Part shown: in pieces, positions 46,025-59,576 of the stretch | Position numbering within the stretch: the stretch's first letter is position 1 | Layout: each line of letters opens with the position of its first letter | Source: Halocafeteria seosinensis | Lineage: Eukaryota | DNA: 64,000 nucleotides | Reading direction: 5' to 3' | NCBI GenBank assembly: GCA_001687465.1 | Contig: LVLI01000135.1 | Coordinates: forward strand, 62,001 to 126,000 | Notes under the pieces: model-generated | The model's input: the letters and a program-made list of their open reading frames with translations, nothing else | Told to the model about the DNA's origin: nothing | Databases searched by the model: none | Made by a program: the position numbers and the translations under genes

Positions 46025-46740
46025 GGTTGTCAGTGCTTATGATGCAACAGCTATAAGGTGATTAGATGCTCCAAAATAAGCCGCTAGATGCCGAAGAGAA
46101 CCGAGTGCCTGAACAAGAATTCCTCTTCCACTTTTTCGTGTAGGCTATGTGATGATAAACGCTTCAACACCGCCCCAACAAATTAGTTCTATAAGACTCT
46201 TACTCAATTTATTATTCACATGAACCATGAATGACAAACAATGCTGACGGAACGCAGCGTACTGTAATAGCATTTAGGTTTCGGGAATTTGGAATTCCAC
46301 TCCCCAGGGCGGAATGCAGATCGGGGTGAACTCTCAAGGGTACCCTCGAAGCACGATGGGTAGGGCAAAATTGAAACCAGAATACTGTAGTATAAGCAAC
46401 ATGCGCGTGGAAAATCTAGACAAGCGGCGCAGGGGTACAGAGGGTACCCTGTACAGGAGAGGAGATGTTTACTAATTGTACATTGTACAATTGTGCAATT
46501 ACTGTGGTTACATAAGAAGCGTCCACATAGGTACCTATGTAGTATCATACAGTACTCAATGGGCCTACTGTATGTAGGACAACGTTCGAAACCGTTTAGG
46601 CCCAAAATCAATTACAATTGTAACGGAAGAACTCAAAGAAGACAACTGCTCGGTGCATTCAGCAGAAGCCTGGTAAAACTCTTACTGTACTACTTGGGAG
46701 AATGGCGTCCAGGACCCAAATGCGCTTTATCATTGAAATC

Positions 46741-47730
46741 ACTTTGTAAGGATGCACCGTAAGGAAGGATCCACTGCATTCGAGGTGAGAGCTTTTTCCC
46801 CCATCGAAGGTCTTGCCCGCTTTCGAGATGCATAATCGTTCTTGGAGATCTGCAACAAACGTAGTCAGTTTTAAATTTCGCATGATAGGAGCTATGTTGT
46901 ATAAGCACATCTCCCGCACCTCACACCTAGCCAATCCCGAGAAGCGCCAGAGTTGTAGTTTGCAGGACCGGGCGCCTGATGAAAATTTCGGAGTGGTGGT
47001 AACTTAGTTACTGGTGCTCTTCTCCTGTAACGACCCACACGCACGCATGTTGTTTATCATCGATACTTCATCAGATGAGAGAAGTCTTCCATTCTGGAAG
47101 CAACGTACCGAAGTGCCTTGCTTGCCTTCTCAGCAGTTCTTTGATAGTCTCCTGGTCCGGGTGCATCTTTCTCACTCTGAATTGTCCAGGGTCAGATAAG
47201 AAATGCATGTTTGTTGATAATAAGCAAACTACTCAACGAAGAAGAGCTGTCCGCACCTCATGCCCTCTAAAGGGATTTCGGTCAGTCATTGGATACCCCA
47301 TAGCGTGTCTCGGAGACGTTTTCTGCGTTGTATGAATTATCCTCGTTTTGTAATGAGGTCTTCTGATACACAATTTGACCCTTCTTACCTGCGTATATTC
47401 AAAAGCCTGTTGCACCGTTCTGCGGTACTGGGCATGAAATGGTCGTTCGTACTGGTGGTGATACGGACCCTGGAACGTGGATAATCCTCTGTTGTCGAAC
47501 TCTCGTTTCGGGCTCAGAGAAGAACCAGAGTATTTTACAGATATTCCTGTTACTGCCATGAGCTTAGCCTCTTCTGCAAGTTGCGTTTTCCGCGAGACCC
47601 GAGGGGAGCCGGAGCCGCGCGGGCTGGAACGAATCGAAGGGATCGCATGCGAGCCTTGCGAGTTTGGATCAGAGGGAGATGCCGCTGTTCCGTGAGGACT
47701 CGGTTCTCCTACGTCTGTATTAATCCGCAT
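46741..47730 (-). CDS. Hypothetical multi-exon protein
   Basis: 165-aa ORF with ATG and plausible donors (GTAAGA, GTAGTT); 3' boundary is a guess. Confidence 0.4.
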
Positions 47731-48185
47731 TGCTTGGTTCGAGTTTGGAGGCTTCCGGCTAGATTATCGATACACGCGACCAAGAGTAACTAAATCGGGG
47801 GAGTGCACTGGATATTGTGGGGAAACTTGACTCCCCAACCTACGCTATTGCTGCTATTGGTTTGATTTTTTTATTGCAAGAAACGCACTTGAAATTCTAC
47901 ATGTAATAAAACTGCTGGAATACCTCTGTACCGTAGACTATTGCTGTTTCGACGAACACATTCGTTACACAGTTGTATTGCCGGCGGCGCGAACTTGGGT
48001 CGGGCGCAACGCGGTGCGTCCTAGCATTGACGGGGAGTTACACCGCTGGTTCCTAGTTGTTGGCCCTAAGTTAAACGCATACGGTACATTTCAACAACGG
48101 CCGCTAACCTAGTTTTATAAGGTGCAGCACATTAATAGCAAATAGTAGTTTGTATTATTTCGTTGTCTTATTACGTAGTGGGTTC

Positions 48186-50050
48186 TCAACCAGTGTTGCT
48201 TCTTCCCAATACTTCGTCGGAGTCGTTCGGGTTTTTATCCTGTACAACAGTAGCCCCTTTGTGTATAGCTAACAATTCATTGTAGCGCTCCAAGGCCTTG
48301 TCAATTTGCGTATGATATCGCTGGGAAAACACTTCTATGTAATAAGTTGCTCCTGCAGAAAAATATATACGGTCTCGAGAGGTACAAACTACACCCGGAG
48401 CATGATGGCGTACCGTTCCAAATTGAAACTACTACAATAACTAGAAGACAAAGTGTATGCACATAGTAGTTTTCGTACATAAATTTCACAGGTATCATCT
48501 GCGTTGGGGAAAAACGTCGAAAGAAATACTCTCGGAGAAAATACATTTGAGGGCTTACTGTTACGAAAGTGTACACGAATTGCGACACCATGAACGCTGT
48601 TTTACCCAGAGCAGAGTCTCCATCAGGGTGTTCATTCGGGCCAAGGCAGCCCATTTTTCTCATTACAGAAACAGCGAGAGTATACATAGAGCCTTTCCGT
48701 GCTCTTAAGAACCACCTTGTGGAAGTCTGCAAGAAAGTGAACATCCGTGGGGGAATGTGGGACGACTGGTTGAAGGAGCTTCCTCGTACCTCGATGCTCT
48801 TGTTTTCTCTCAGAACTTCCTTGTCCTGTACTTCTGTCTTAAACAAATAACTAAGTTGCCAGCACAAATATGCTGCTAAGGGATATCCTAGTGTTCGCAA
48901 CCATGTCATTTCACAGGCGTCAAAAGAGGAGCCAATGCCCGACCGATCCAACGAATGTAGGTACTCATTGTCGATGGATGTACTTGACACATGCTCAGCA
49001 CCCTTCCTAACAGAATCGCATATCTTTTCAGCGGTGAAGTTTCCATGCCATCGTTGTGCCCTGCGTTGACTACAGTGTCTCAGCTATACACTTCCTAAGA
49101 TTCCATATGAGCACCAACCAGCCTTACCAAGTCACCAAGGGTGGGAAGGCGTGAATAAATAACGAAGTTATTTTATCAAGTGAGTGAAACACCAAGGAGT
49201 TCCTCCAAGCCATTATTGCGAACAGTAATGGTCCATTTGCACAAACGAAGAGTATTTCAAACATCATGTTGCTGCACCATTGGACCCTATAGTACTCCAA
49301 CAGCCATTTTCCAACACAATATTATCGGTAACATGCTGCGTACCTACTAGGGAACAACAATATGTGAAAAATACAAAGGAGTTGAACGAAGTAGCAAAAG
49401 TCTGTATAAACGAAACCAACAGGACGTGGAATAGAAAAGACAATGATGTAGTCCTCTTCTGCGAACACTTACCGAACATGAAGTATTGAAATCCTTCCTT
49501 TCGGTAATCATATGTCCGAAATATAAGAAGGGGAAATACCTGCCATTCATTGAGACACAGAGAGAGAGAGAGAGAGAGGAGAGAGACATCAACCGATAGC
49601 ACATGTAGCGCAGCAGTTGTGCAATTAACATACCAAGAAGATATACCACGCCCAGAAGTGCTCCGGATACTGTACCAGAAAGTGTGATGTGAGAAGCATA
49701 GAGCCCACTCCCAGAGTAAACGACAATTTATCTTTGAGTTTCACGTGTTGAGGTTTTGCTAGCTCTTCCTGTAGTACATCACGAATTCTGCGTTGTTCAT
49801 CTCCTGTAAGCACTTTCCGAGCCCGCTTCGGCAAGTTCGTCGCCGTCTTTATCTTTTCCACAAACTCTCTCCCGGAAGCTTTCCATTTATCCCCAAACCT
49901 TTTCCGTATCCTTGACTCCACTGATGTATTTGGAACCTCCTCTTCCTTAGTCAATGGAGGAAGGTCTACTTCCCCTTCAATGAAAGGGCCTTCATCAAGT
50001 TGGTCTCCCAGAGACTGAGACCGAGGCTGTTTGCTTGCATTTCCCTCCAT
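48186..50050 (-). CDS. GPC1: Glycerophosphocholine acyltransferase (GPCAT, DUF2838 family), multi-exon
   Basis: DKLSFTLGV, FQYFM-DFCY, NGPLLFAIMAWRNSLVFHSLDKITSLFIH, WNGATYYIEVF. Confidence 0.88.
49559..49585. repeat. (AG)n microsatellite within an intron
   Basis: agagagagag... Confidence 0.9.
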
Positions 50051-50852
50051 TGTCGCTATCCAGGGCACCACATGAGTTGGAACTTGAGTTTCAGGCAATC
50101 ATTGACAAGAAGTCAATCCATGGCAAACGACACATGTCCCGAAGAGATAGCTGAATGTACGAACAGCAGTTTATTCAACTTCAACCTCTGCTGCCGGGGG
50201 GAGGTGTCGTCTCCGAGACGACAGTTACAAAGATATACAGTACTGCTATGTGTTGATATACTGTGTTCGTCAATGGAAAGGGTAACGAAGACCAGGGCAC
50301 TAATCCGAGTCAGGTATTGTACTGTTGAATGCAGAAGGGAGTGACTACTTGTACCAACTGGACTCTTGGAGTTATAACGGAAAATATAGTGGTTCTGAAT
50401 TCAATGGTTATCACCAGTACGGTCTATAAACTTGAGAAAAATGGTAGACTTAGCATACCTGCCTTCCGCCCAATTCGGATAGAATAGGGAGACATAGAGA
50501 CCGACGATAGCTGTAGAGTTAGGGACGTACCCTCACTGTTGATGCTCCTCTAATAGGTGCTCTATTACATTATCTACGAATATATGACGACTAGCATATA
50601 CTACATGTCTCTCTTCTCTTTGACCGATGGTATTGCCGCATCGTGCAAAGCACATAACAGTTCTGGTATGGTGGAGTGTGAAGGTGGCGCGAAGAGCCGC
50701 ACGTCTTTTATACAACATACACATTCAATCCCGATGGATTTGACGCACCTTACTGTCAGGGACTAAGGCATTTGTACTGAGAGACGAGTGGAGATACTCT
50801 GTCGTGACTGTATGGAAAACACTCACCGGGCTATGGCATACGGACATTGAAC

Positions 50853-53800
50853 ATGGCTATCAAGACACCACTACGTTCATTCCCTGTACAGAAGCTATTT
50901 CTGCTCCTGTAAGTAACTTTTAGTGTCGGAAATATGTGCGATGAATTGTTATGTAACTCAAATTAGCGCGATGCTTTAATACGACATTCCAGGATACTGT
51001 TATTGGCGCTGTTTGGCACTCTCCGGGCACCAGTGAACGCCCAGACTGATGGAAGTGACAATTGGGCTCCCCATTTTCAGCCAAACACTTATACCAAGCC
51101 AACGATTCGTGGTTTCAGTGCCTCGAAAAGGGGATCGGATCAAAACGCTGCCGAAGGTCACCCTTTCCAAGAGGAAGCAAATCAGGAAGCATTGGAATGG
51201 CCTCTCGGGGAGAACTTCGTCTCAGCTCTAGAGAACGGATATTTGCCGCAAGAGACGAAGAGGGATGAGCACAGGCAGGCTGTCGCTGAATCAACTGATA
51301 TTACATTGATGAAAGGGCTGGAGTTCTGGGACGAAGATTACCAAGGACTCCTGGAGGCATATCACAACGATGGGTACGCGAAAAAGGTGGTTGAACTGCT
51401 TGTGGAGCATTCGTTTTCTCCCCCGCACAAACAAGTATCGAAAGATCCAAGGATTCAGCAAGGACGATACAAGCAGAAGAAGCGGTTATTGGACAAGATT
51501 CGCACTTGTATGAGCAAAGACAAGAGCGCATCCAGAAAGGAATGTGCAGAGGCGATTCAAGCTCCATTCTTTGCGCATGATGTTCTGTGGGACTATGGAG
51601 ACTATCCTATAGCAGTTCTCGGAGCTGGCGGAGGCCATCTTTCCAATCGAATAGCTTCAAAGCTCCCGAATAACTCTGTTCTTTCCTTCATTTGGCATCA
51701 TTCAGTATCTGAAGACCCTGTCAGCGCCGACGACGACTATATCTTGGGGCCGAATTCTTGGAAAGCAGCAAGGCAACAGACGGACTATGTAGACGGATAC
51801 CTGCGCGAAGGAAAGCATTTGTCTGCTGCCGGTGCCCACTCGCTGCTTACATCCGCAAACTCTCTGGATAACAATCAGTTGCTGGAAGTGGTGCCCACTG
51901 ACCTCTTCTTTTCTCAATTGTCGGTGGCAGGCTTAAACGTTAGAACGGTGGTTCTCCTAGATCTTAATTCGATGGTTCTGGATCGACTCCCGGAGGACTT
52001 CGAGCAAAGTTTGGCAGTTATTTTGACTATTGGAAGGTTTTTGATTGTTCCGGCTGACCTTCCAAGCTCTGGTTTCTTTAGCTATTGGAGAGATATGGCA
52101 GAGCTCTTGGATCGCGCGGCTTCACTTGCAAAGTGTCGCATCCAGAAACGGAAAATTGAAGAAAGTGGATCTCAGTGGATGACAGCAGGAATGGGGTCAG
52201 ATACACCCGGGACGAAACAGAGTGATGTGGCATCTCTGTACTTAGTAGCTTCCCAACTGGAGCAAGAGGCTTTCGAAGAGGAGATCATGTACAGGAAAGT
52301 GGACAAGGAAAAAGCGGACAGAAGCGCCTCTTCCATGGCCGGACAAAATGTTGATTCTGCTTACAATTCACCAGACTCTTACATGGTCAGCAGCATTGTT
52401 AGCTCGAAGGCTGATGACACGGCGGAAACAAAGAAAAAGGATAAAGCTGAATGCGATTCGAAGCAGTCTAGAATTGGTCTGGGCTGTCTTCGGGATGTCT
52501 CTTCTTATTACATTCCTGTCAATGGTTTGAACACTGCTTCCCCGTGGCTTGTTGACCTTATATCCAAAGCCCAGGACTGTTCAGGCCACCAGGACGTGCT
52601 AGTCTTCAACTGTGATGAGTCAGAAGCCTCTAGCAAGTTAATGGAATCATCATGTCCAAACACGTTTCATGGTTTCAAGCATTGGCATACCCAGGAACAT
52701 GGTATTTACGTACCCTTGCTGTACGATTACGGCCTCACCATCGGGACTGCTCGTCGAACATTTTGGCGTTTGACTGGACCCTCGTTCATGGCAGTCGATG
52801 GACTATTTGATGAAGCATATTTTTTGGGCAGTTTGCTCCTGAATGCGAGTTCAATGCGTCCTGGACTGGGCACCCGCGAATTTTCTTCACCGGAAACTGA
52901 CCAAATGCAGCCACGCGACTCTAAGTTTAGTAAACAACAATTTACCAAACTTGCTGAGTCAGACAGTGGCATGGGGACTCAGAAGACGGCGACTGGTTCG
53001 GATAACTCTGAGGGCGATCCCTGGTCAAGTTTTGCGGGAGATAAGGCCGGTTCTTTATCCTTAAGGCCAACGACTGATGATCAGTCTTCTAGCTCCTTGA
53101 GCAACAGTGGATACAATATTCCGTCTCGCTACGTAGCTCCCACCATCGAACTTGATGATGATCAAGCGAAGTCCTCCTCGCACTCGGAACCCAAGGGAGA
53201 TAGCTTCTTTGAGGCGTATGATACTAGCCAAAAGACGAGCCTTAGGGATGCGGATAAAGAGAATATTGCAGGTGGGCCAACGGATGAAGTTCGCAAATTC
53301 TACCGGCAAGGTGCCAAAGTTGGTGAGGCCGCGAGGGAGGACCCTGCTCCTCTCGGAAAGAGCGACTATTTAGGGACCATCGGAGCAGCAGGACAGCGTC
53401 GGAAGGGTACTTCACCTTTGAATTCAGTGCAAAGTGGATCCAACTCTCCAGAAGATATCATATCGTCGAACACCAATGCACTCTCTGGGGCTCAGAAAAA
53501 TCTTCAGGAACCATCCAAAGATAGCGGATTACCAGAGCAACGAAAGCAAAATGAACAAGAGGAGTGGCAAGCCTCTAGCGGAAAAGCTAGTAGCAATCGA
53601 CCTGCAGAGACTGAACAAAAGAGCCGTGATGACACAGATACAGTTCCTGGCCGTAGGGGCTCCAAGGGTGCATCTAGCGAAGAGGAAACGGGACATACGC
53701 CTCCATTGCAGACCGGAGAACAAGCCCCGGTCAACGGTGGGGAAAATCCCGCTCCAGACAATATTGCTCGCCCAGATAGTTCAGGAGTGCGAGCAAAAGA

Positions 53801-56800
53801 AGATAGCGCAACCTCATCCAAACAGAGGGACAGCTCCGCGACAATAGATTCCTCCGCTCCAAATACTGAAGGAGCGCAAAAAGACGCGACATCGTCATTG
53901 AAACCTAGCGACAGCTCAGGCAGTAGTGATGCTCTTTCTCCGAGTAATAAAGGAGTTCAGGAAGACGACCAATACGGAGTCCTACGTTCGTCGAATACTA
54001 AGACCGAAGACACCGTTCCCAGTGCACAAAAAACACAACAACAGCAGGCATATGGCGATAACTACAATAGTGCCGAGCAGTCTGGAGAGGAGCGCCCGGT
54101 AACGAATCAGGGAAATGCCGCCCCAGCGAGAGTGCCGGAAACCGATGGGAGTGACAGCTTCCAAGGAGAAAACAAAGAACGTTCGTCATTGCGCGGTAAG
54201 ACGAAACCTGGGAGTCGCCGTCTGCTTTCTTACAGCACGAGTAGTAGAATGTTATTGCAAGAAAATCTAGCCCATATGGCAGAGGAGGAAGAAAAAGGAA
54301 TTGGCCTTCATTCTTTAAGTGGTAGGAAAGATGCATCAGGCAAGAGTGGCGCGACTCCTCTAATCGAGCAGTTTCTTTTTAATGGGGCAAAGAAATCCGT
54401 GCTTGGTGGGTTTGCCTGGCAAGATGTGGTCCCCTCCGAACTTGGAGACCAAGTCTTGCACACAAGCCAGAAAACCTCTCACTCTGAAGCTGCTACTACC
54501 AAACAAGGTGTTCAAAGTGGTAATGTTAATGCTGCAAAGCACCTGTGGAAGATATTAAGACCGATATTGCACTCGGTGGCACCTTCTGAAACTTCCGTAC
54601 TAGTCAGTGGAAGTGAAATGTCTCGGCTAGCAGTCAAGATAGCCATGCATAAACCATCAAGCGTTGTAGTGTCGGCAGCGGATAACCCTAATGAAGCTGC
54701 ATACTCACTCGAATTAAGAAAGTCGTTTTCGCTTTCGAACTACATAGTTTGCAGTCGAAGCGTCGATGCAGCCGTGATGGAGCAATTGTTGCGAGTTCCT
54801 GACCCGTTCGATGTGCAGTTGGTGGGGGAATCCATTTTTGCGGAGGCTCTCCTCGGAGCGGAGCTTACTGATATTGAAGAAAAGCTAGCAAACCAGTTAC
54901 ATTTGTCACGCGCATCCTTCATTTTCCTCCCGGACTGGGAAAAACTATTCTCGTCGATCCTCTTTCATCGAGTTGTTGGATGGAAAGAGTTTTATTCTTC
55001 CTTTGGTACTCGTCACGATCCTCGCAAACAGAGTTTAATCGACCAAGGTATTGTTGCCTCTCCGCGCGGTGCATCGAGTCGAACTTCTGAGGATATACCG
55101 TTTTCCCTACTTGAGCAGGTTAGGCAGGATGATGACTTGCTAAAACGGTTTCTAGAAGAGCTAAGCAACGTTGAAAATGTCTACGGACTCCCAACGGATC
55201 ATCTTTTTGACAGCAATTGCTTACAAGACCGTTCGTATGCCGCCAATTCTTGCAAAAAGGAATTTTCCGGACGTATGCAGCATATGTGGGCAGAGCAGTT
55301 TATTAGCAAGGTGATTTCGCGATCCAACTCTTTGAGTGACTTGCAAATTCACCGGGTTTCGGGTATTCCACCTTACGCCTCTAGCACCATTAGAAGCGTT
55401 GTTGCAGTTCAGCCGGCTTCTCCAGCTCCAATATTGGATTCACCGATTCATTTCCCGGTTTCTAACTGTGAACCGGCAATAGACCGTGTGTGCAAGCGAA
55501 GTCTTCAGTATGTAGTACGGTCGCTGTCTCCCAGGGCGGGAGTATCTCTCCATACATTGCTAACCCTACGCATCGTACCCGAGCTTCGGAGCGCCGCGTT
55601 CTACTTGTATTTGTCATTTCCAATGAAGGAGATCTTGCGGAAAGCTGATAAACTCGGATTGAGGTATGCACATGTTCCACTATACGGCAAGGAAAAGCGT
55701 GCTGATGACTTAGACGAAGCCTTGGATTTTGCCCCATGGAATATCCGCATGTATGCCACGAAGAACTCTGTCAAGCTTCAGCTGGCCATCTTGAGCCACG
55801 AAATGAAGGGAAAGGTTGGTCGGTCACGCGTGGATGTCATTCGAAGGATATACCGGACACTAGAGAACCAAGACACAGTGTCTATAGGTGAAGTGCAAGA
55901 ATTTGGAGAGTTGAAGGACTTCCAGCGAACAGTTGAATCCCATGTGGGTTCATATGCTGTGGTTGATTCTGAAAGAGGAAGCGATGTATGGACTCATTAC
56001 ACAGCTGCTGCAGATAGGTGGCAGGCCGTCCGTGCAGAGCTGCATGCCGCCGATACACATACCGCCAATGCACAAGGAACATTCTCTGCTTTGGACGCTT
56101 TTTCCGGAATTGGAGAAACCTCCCTTCCTCTGGCAGCCCAGTTTCCGGATGCTACCATTGTCAGTGTGGAATCTTCGAAGACCATGTCGGATATACATCT
56201 CGCTCATGTTCTCAATTATGATTTGCAAAATAATGCAGTTTGTCAGAGAGAAGTAGATGGCGAACTATTTCGAAAGTTAACGTCTTCACCAGAGTTTTTC
56301 CGATATCTATTTCTTTCTCGTCCTGTGGAAGTCCTTCTGGCGAAGCTTGGGGAGCACGGTGTCCGGGAACTGTACAGTTTTGCGTTTGGTGCAGCTGCCA
56401 GTTCCTTCGTGAGGATACCCGACAGTAAACTACTATCTCTGGCCTTTACAACGTTTTTCCAAACGTATCTTCCTTCCCGGGACTGCTTATCCCAGCCATT
56501 AGTTACTACTTGCGGACAGTTCTTAGATACTCGACTGTGGAAAATTATGTATCACCCTCGACCTATGTTCTTAGCCGCCGAGCGACGGTTGTTGAAATTC
56601 TTGACACGGAAGACGAGGGAGCATCGTATTGCCCATTCTGTACATCCTGTACTTATCGGTGAAGAAGGAGATGGTGGCAGCCTCTTGGCCAAGCGACGAT
56701 CAACGGATACTTCTTCGGTTCCTAAGAAAGGCAACTACTTGCCTCCTTTCCTAGGAATATCGTCTGGCTGGGTAAGACTGGATGCTACAAACATCACACG

Positions 56801-57837
56801 CCAAGTCAACCATCATTTTGAGTCCGAGCTTGACGGGCATAAAAGAACTTATATTCTACAGGTGCGCAGGAACAGGACAGCCTCCACTTATGCTGAAAAG
56901 AAACTGGGTTATCCTTTGACCAGCTTAACTTCGCAGCCCACGAATCAGTATCAACATTTGTTCCAAGGGAACCATCCAAATAATGGCGAAGTTATGTCCG
57001 TTCGGCTTGTTCGGGATGAAGATAAAGCGACCATTCCTTATGTGACAGTCAACGCAGTTACCCTAATTAGCACCCTAAGGATGGGCTTGTTAGGTCCTCT
57101 CAAGGCTCGCGCATATAGGAAATTTGTTGAAATGCCATTGTATATCGATATGGCACCATGGAATATTGTTTTGGTTGTAAGTACTTCCTCTACTTATCCT
57201 CTATTGGAACTCTTTTACATATGCGCTATTGCAAACGCAGGGTGGGCGCTTTGACTACATTGACTTTGACACCAAGGATAAGACTTACGACGCACTTGTA
57301 CCACATGCGTTTGAGATTATGGAGGTGCTGTTCAACTATAAACGGACCATCGAGGATCTACAAAAGTGCGAATCGAAAGCGAACGTCAGGTACAACTTCC
57401 CTTTCGTTTCGGACTGTGTGGGATCGGATGAATTCCGAGGGCCGTGTAAAGGATCGCAATTCCCTGTACCGTGTGGGGACGGGACCTGTCATTCAAACTA
57501 TATATCGTGCCTGCGTTCGATGGCGCAACATCAGCGCGTGAAAGAGTCGACTCGAGAAATCGCTGAAACTCGCTTAAGGTTAGCGTCCATGGTACAAGAC
57601 CGGCTAGGTGGAGAAGAAGCAACAACTGCCGCGCTCTTGAATACGATTTATGAAGATGCCCACAACAGATTGCCCTCCTCAAAGACCTCTTCGTCTTATA
57701 AGCAAGGTCTGCAGTCATTGCAAGGAGCTATACAGGACGCACAAGAACCACTCTCTCCTGTGTCAACGAGGAGGGAAGAGGATAAGCAGGTGCGTCACCG
57801 CTCTTTAGTTTTTTCTGGAGAGCTGGAGCACCGGTGA
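50853..57837 (+). CDS. ~2,300-aa secretory-pathway protein with repeated SAM-methyltransferase-like and kinase-like modules
   Basis: Exon 1 from ATG 50853 splices to give MAIKTPLRSFPVQKLFLLLILLLALFG. A 2083-aa ORF follows; intron 57177-57240 joins DMAPWNIVLV to GGRFDYIDFD. Confidence 0.8.
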
Positions 57838-57899
57838 TCAGATAGCCTATAGTCGATGCTGTGGCGTTAGATGATTTACAGCTTTTGCTTTTTGAAAAC

Positions 57900-59150
57900 G
57901 GGACTTTGGGCCAGAACCCCGTTAGCCAATTTTCGTTTCTCGACTCCGTGCTTGCACATATTATCAGAGATGTCCCGTTTGCTGTATCATTTGATCTGAA
58001 ACATCCCTCTTGGCTACGTAAATACCGCCTATCGGCTTATTAACTGCGTTCTGAGGGGATAGTGGCAGATGATGGTGTCTTTTCCACTTCGTTCAAAGTT
58101 AGAGCTTATGGATTGCTCTACGTTGCTCTGCGTAACTTACAGCCCAGTGAAGTGAAGTAGGGAGTATTGTAATATCCTTCACTGACATCAATCCTACAGG
58201 AGGATAGTGTGCCGCACAAATCACTGCACGATTAACGGATGGAAGAGGTAGTCGTACACTTGCAACTACCCCGAGCCCTGATTCAACGGGCACAGCCACA
58301 GTATCCCCCGAAATCACGGCCCGTAGTATACTGTTTCCGCGTATTCCGTACCGAGGTGTGCAGTATGTAACTCAAACATGACGTGCTTCTATTTTGTACC
58401 ATCAAGCACTAGAAGTCTGTCTGCTAGTCGCCGTCCACAGTTGCCGTCAGATTCCAGTATCCGGAACCCCGCGGTTTGTTCTGTGCATATTGTATCGTGA
58501 GTTAGGTTGGCTGCGAGCAGCCTGCGACTCTTCTGGGGAAGCGCTAACAGGTGTATTTATGAAGTTTCAAGATTATATGTTCATCCTTATCAAAGCGTCT
58601 CCTAACTCACAGTGTGAGACACACACACACACTTACACACCCTGTAGAAGGGAAAACCCCGTTTGGATCAGCCTGAAGTTCCCGGCAATGACAGTTATAC
58701 TACTTATGTACTTGCTGTACTTTAGTCTTCGGTGTACGCATGGTACGTCATTGATTACATTGGTTGTTATTTCGACGAATATAACTTCGTTGACATCCGA
58801 CTGGTTTGCTGGTATTTTCTGAACCCTTCCGGATTCCATGAGTAGCTCAGTTCGAAAATCACTTGCATCTTCGCCACCGCCATCCTCGCTGAGGGCTAAA
58901 AAGACAAGTTGCGTACAACCCTTCTATAAGCACCGCAAAGCACGACCGGTACAATTTGAATTACCGTAGGATACTTTGTATCACATCCACTTGTACATCC
59001 TGGTAACTGTCAACCCAATACAAGAAGTAACTGTATACCGCATTCACGGTATAGAAGTGCCGAAGCAAATGCGGACTCGTGTCATCGAAGAAGAACTCGA
59101 AAAGTAGCCAGCGACAACAACTACTGTAGAAACGAAACATTGCAGAGATA
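57900..59150 (-). CDS. Possible multi-exon hypothetical gene
   Basis: Short open segments ending at GTAAGT-type donors; no recognisable motif; boundaries uncertain. Confidence 0.3.
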
Positions 59151-59576
59151 TGCTACGCATCGTCTTGTACCACAAACTGGAGCGGTTTTCTCACAGAATC
59201 AAATCAGCAGCGGCCATCGGGTTCAAGACAAATTCCACTGTGAAGCCTCATGTACATACAATTTGTACTTCAGTCATAAGGTTCCGTATACCCGATGCAA
59301 CGGGCTAGCGCTGCCGTTGACAAAGTAAGCCCAGTCCATACACTTACAGTCGTTCCAGCAGGCGCACATGAGCTACGGGACACCAACTTCGTGTACCTGG
59401 AAGTAACTTGGTAGACCTCGAGGTTCACAACAGGATAGATTCCAAGAGTGCAAAGACCACTGTATAAAGCGCAACTAGTGTTTGACGTGTATCAAATCAA
59501 AAAACAGAAGAAAAAGGGGGGTGAGACTAGGTGGCTGCAAATATCTTGCTGTGTTGTCTCCTATAGGTGAGCAACT

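Noticed and set aside
47975..48085. Twister or HDV-like ribozyme in a GC-rich intergenic patch
   Set aside because: Only partial pairing; the conserved catalytic core and closing strand are absent.
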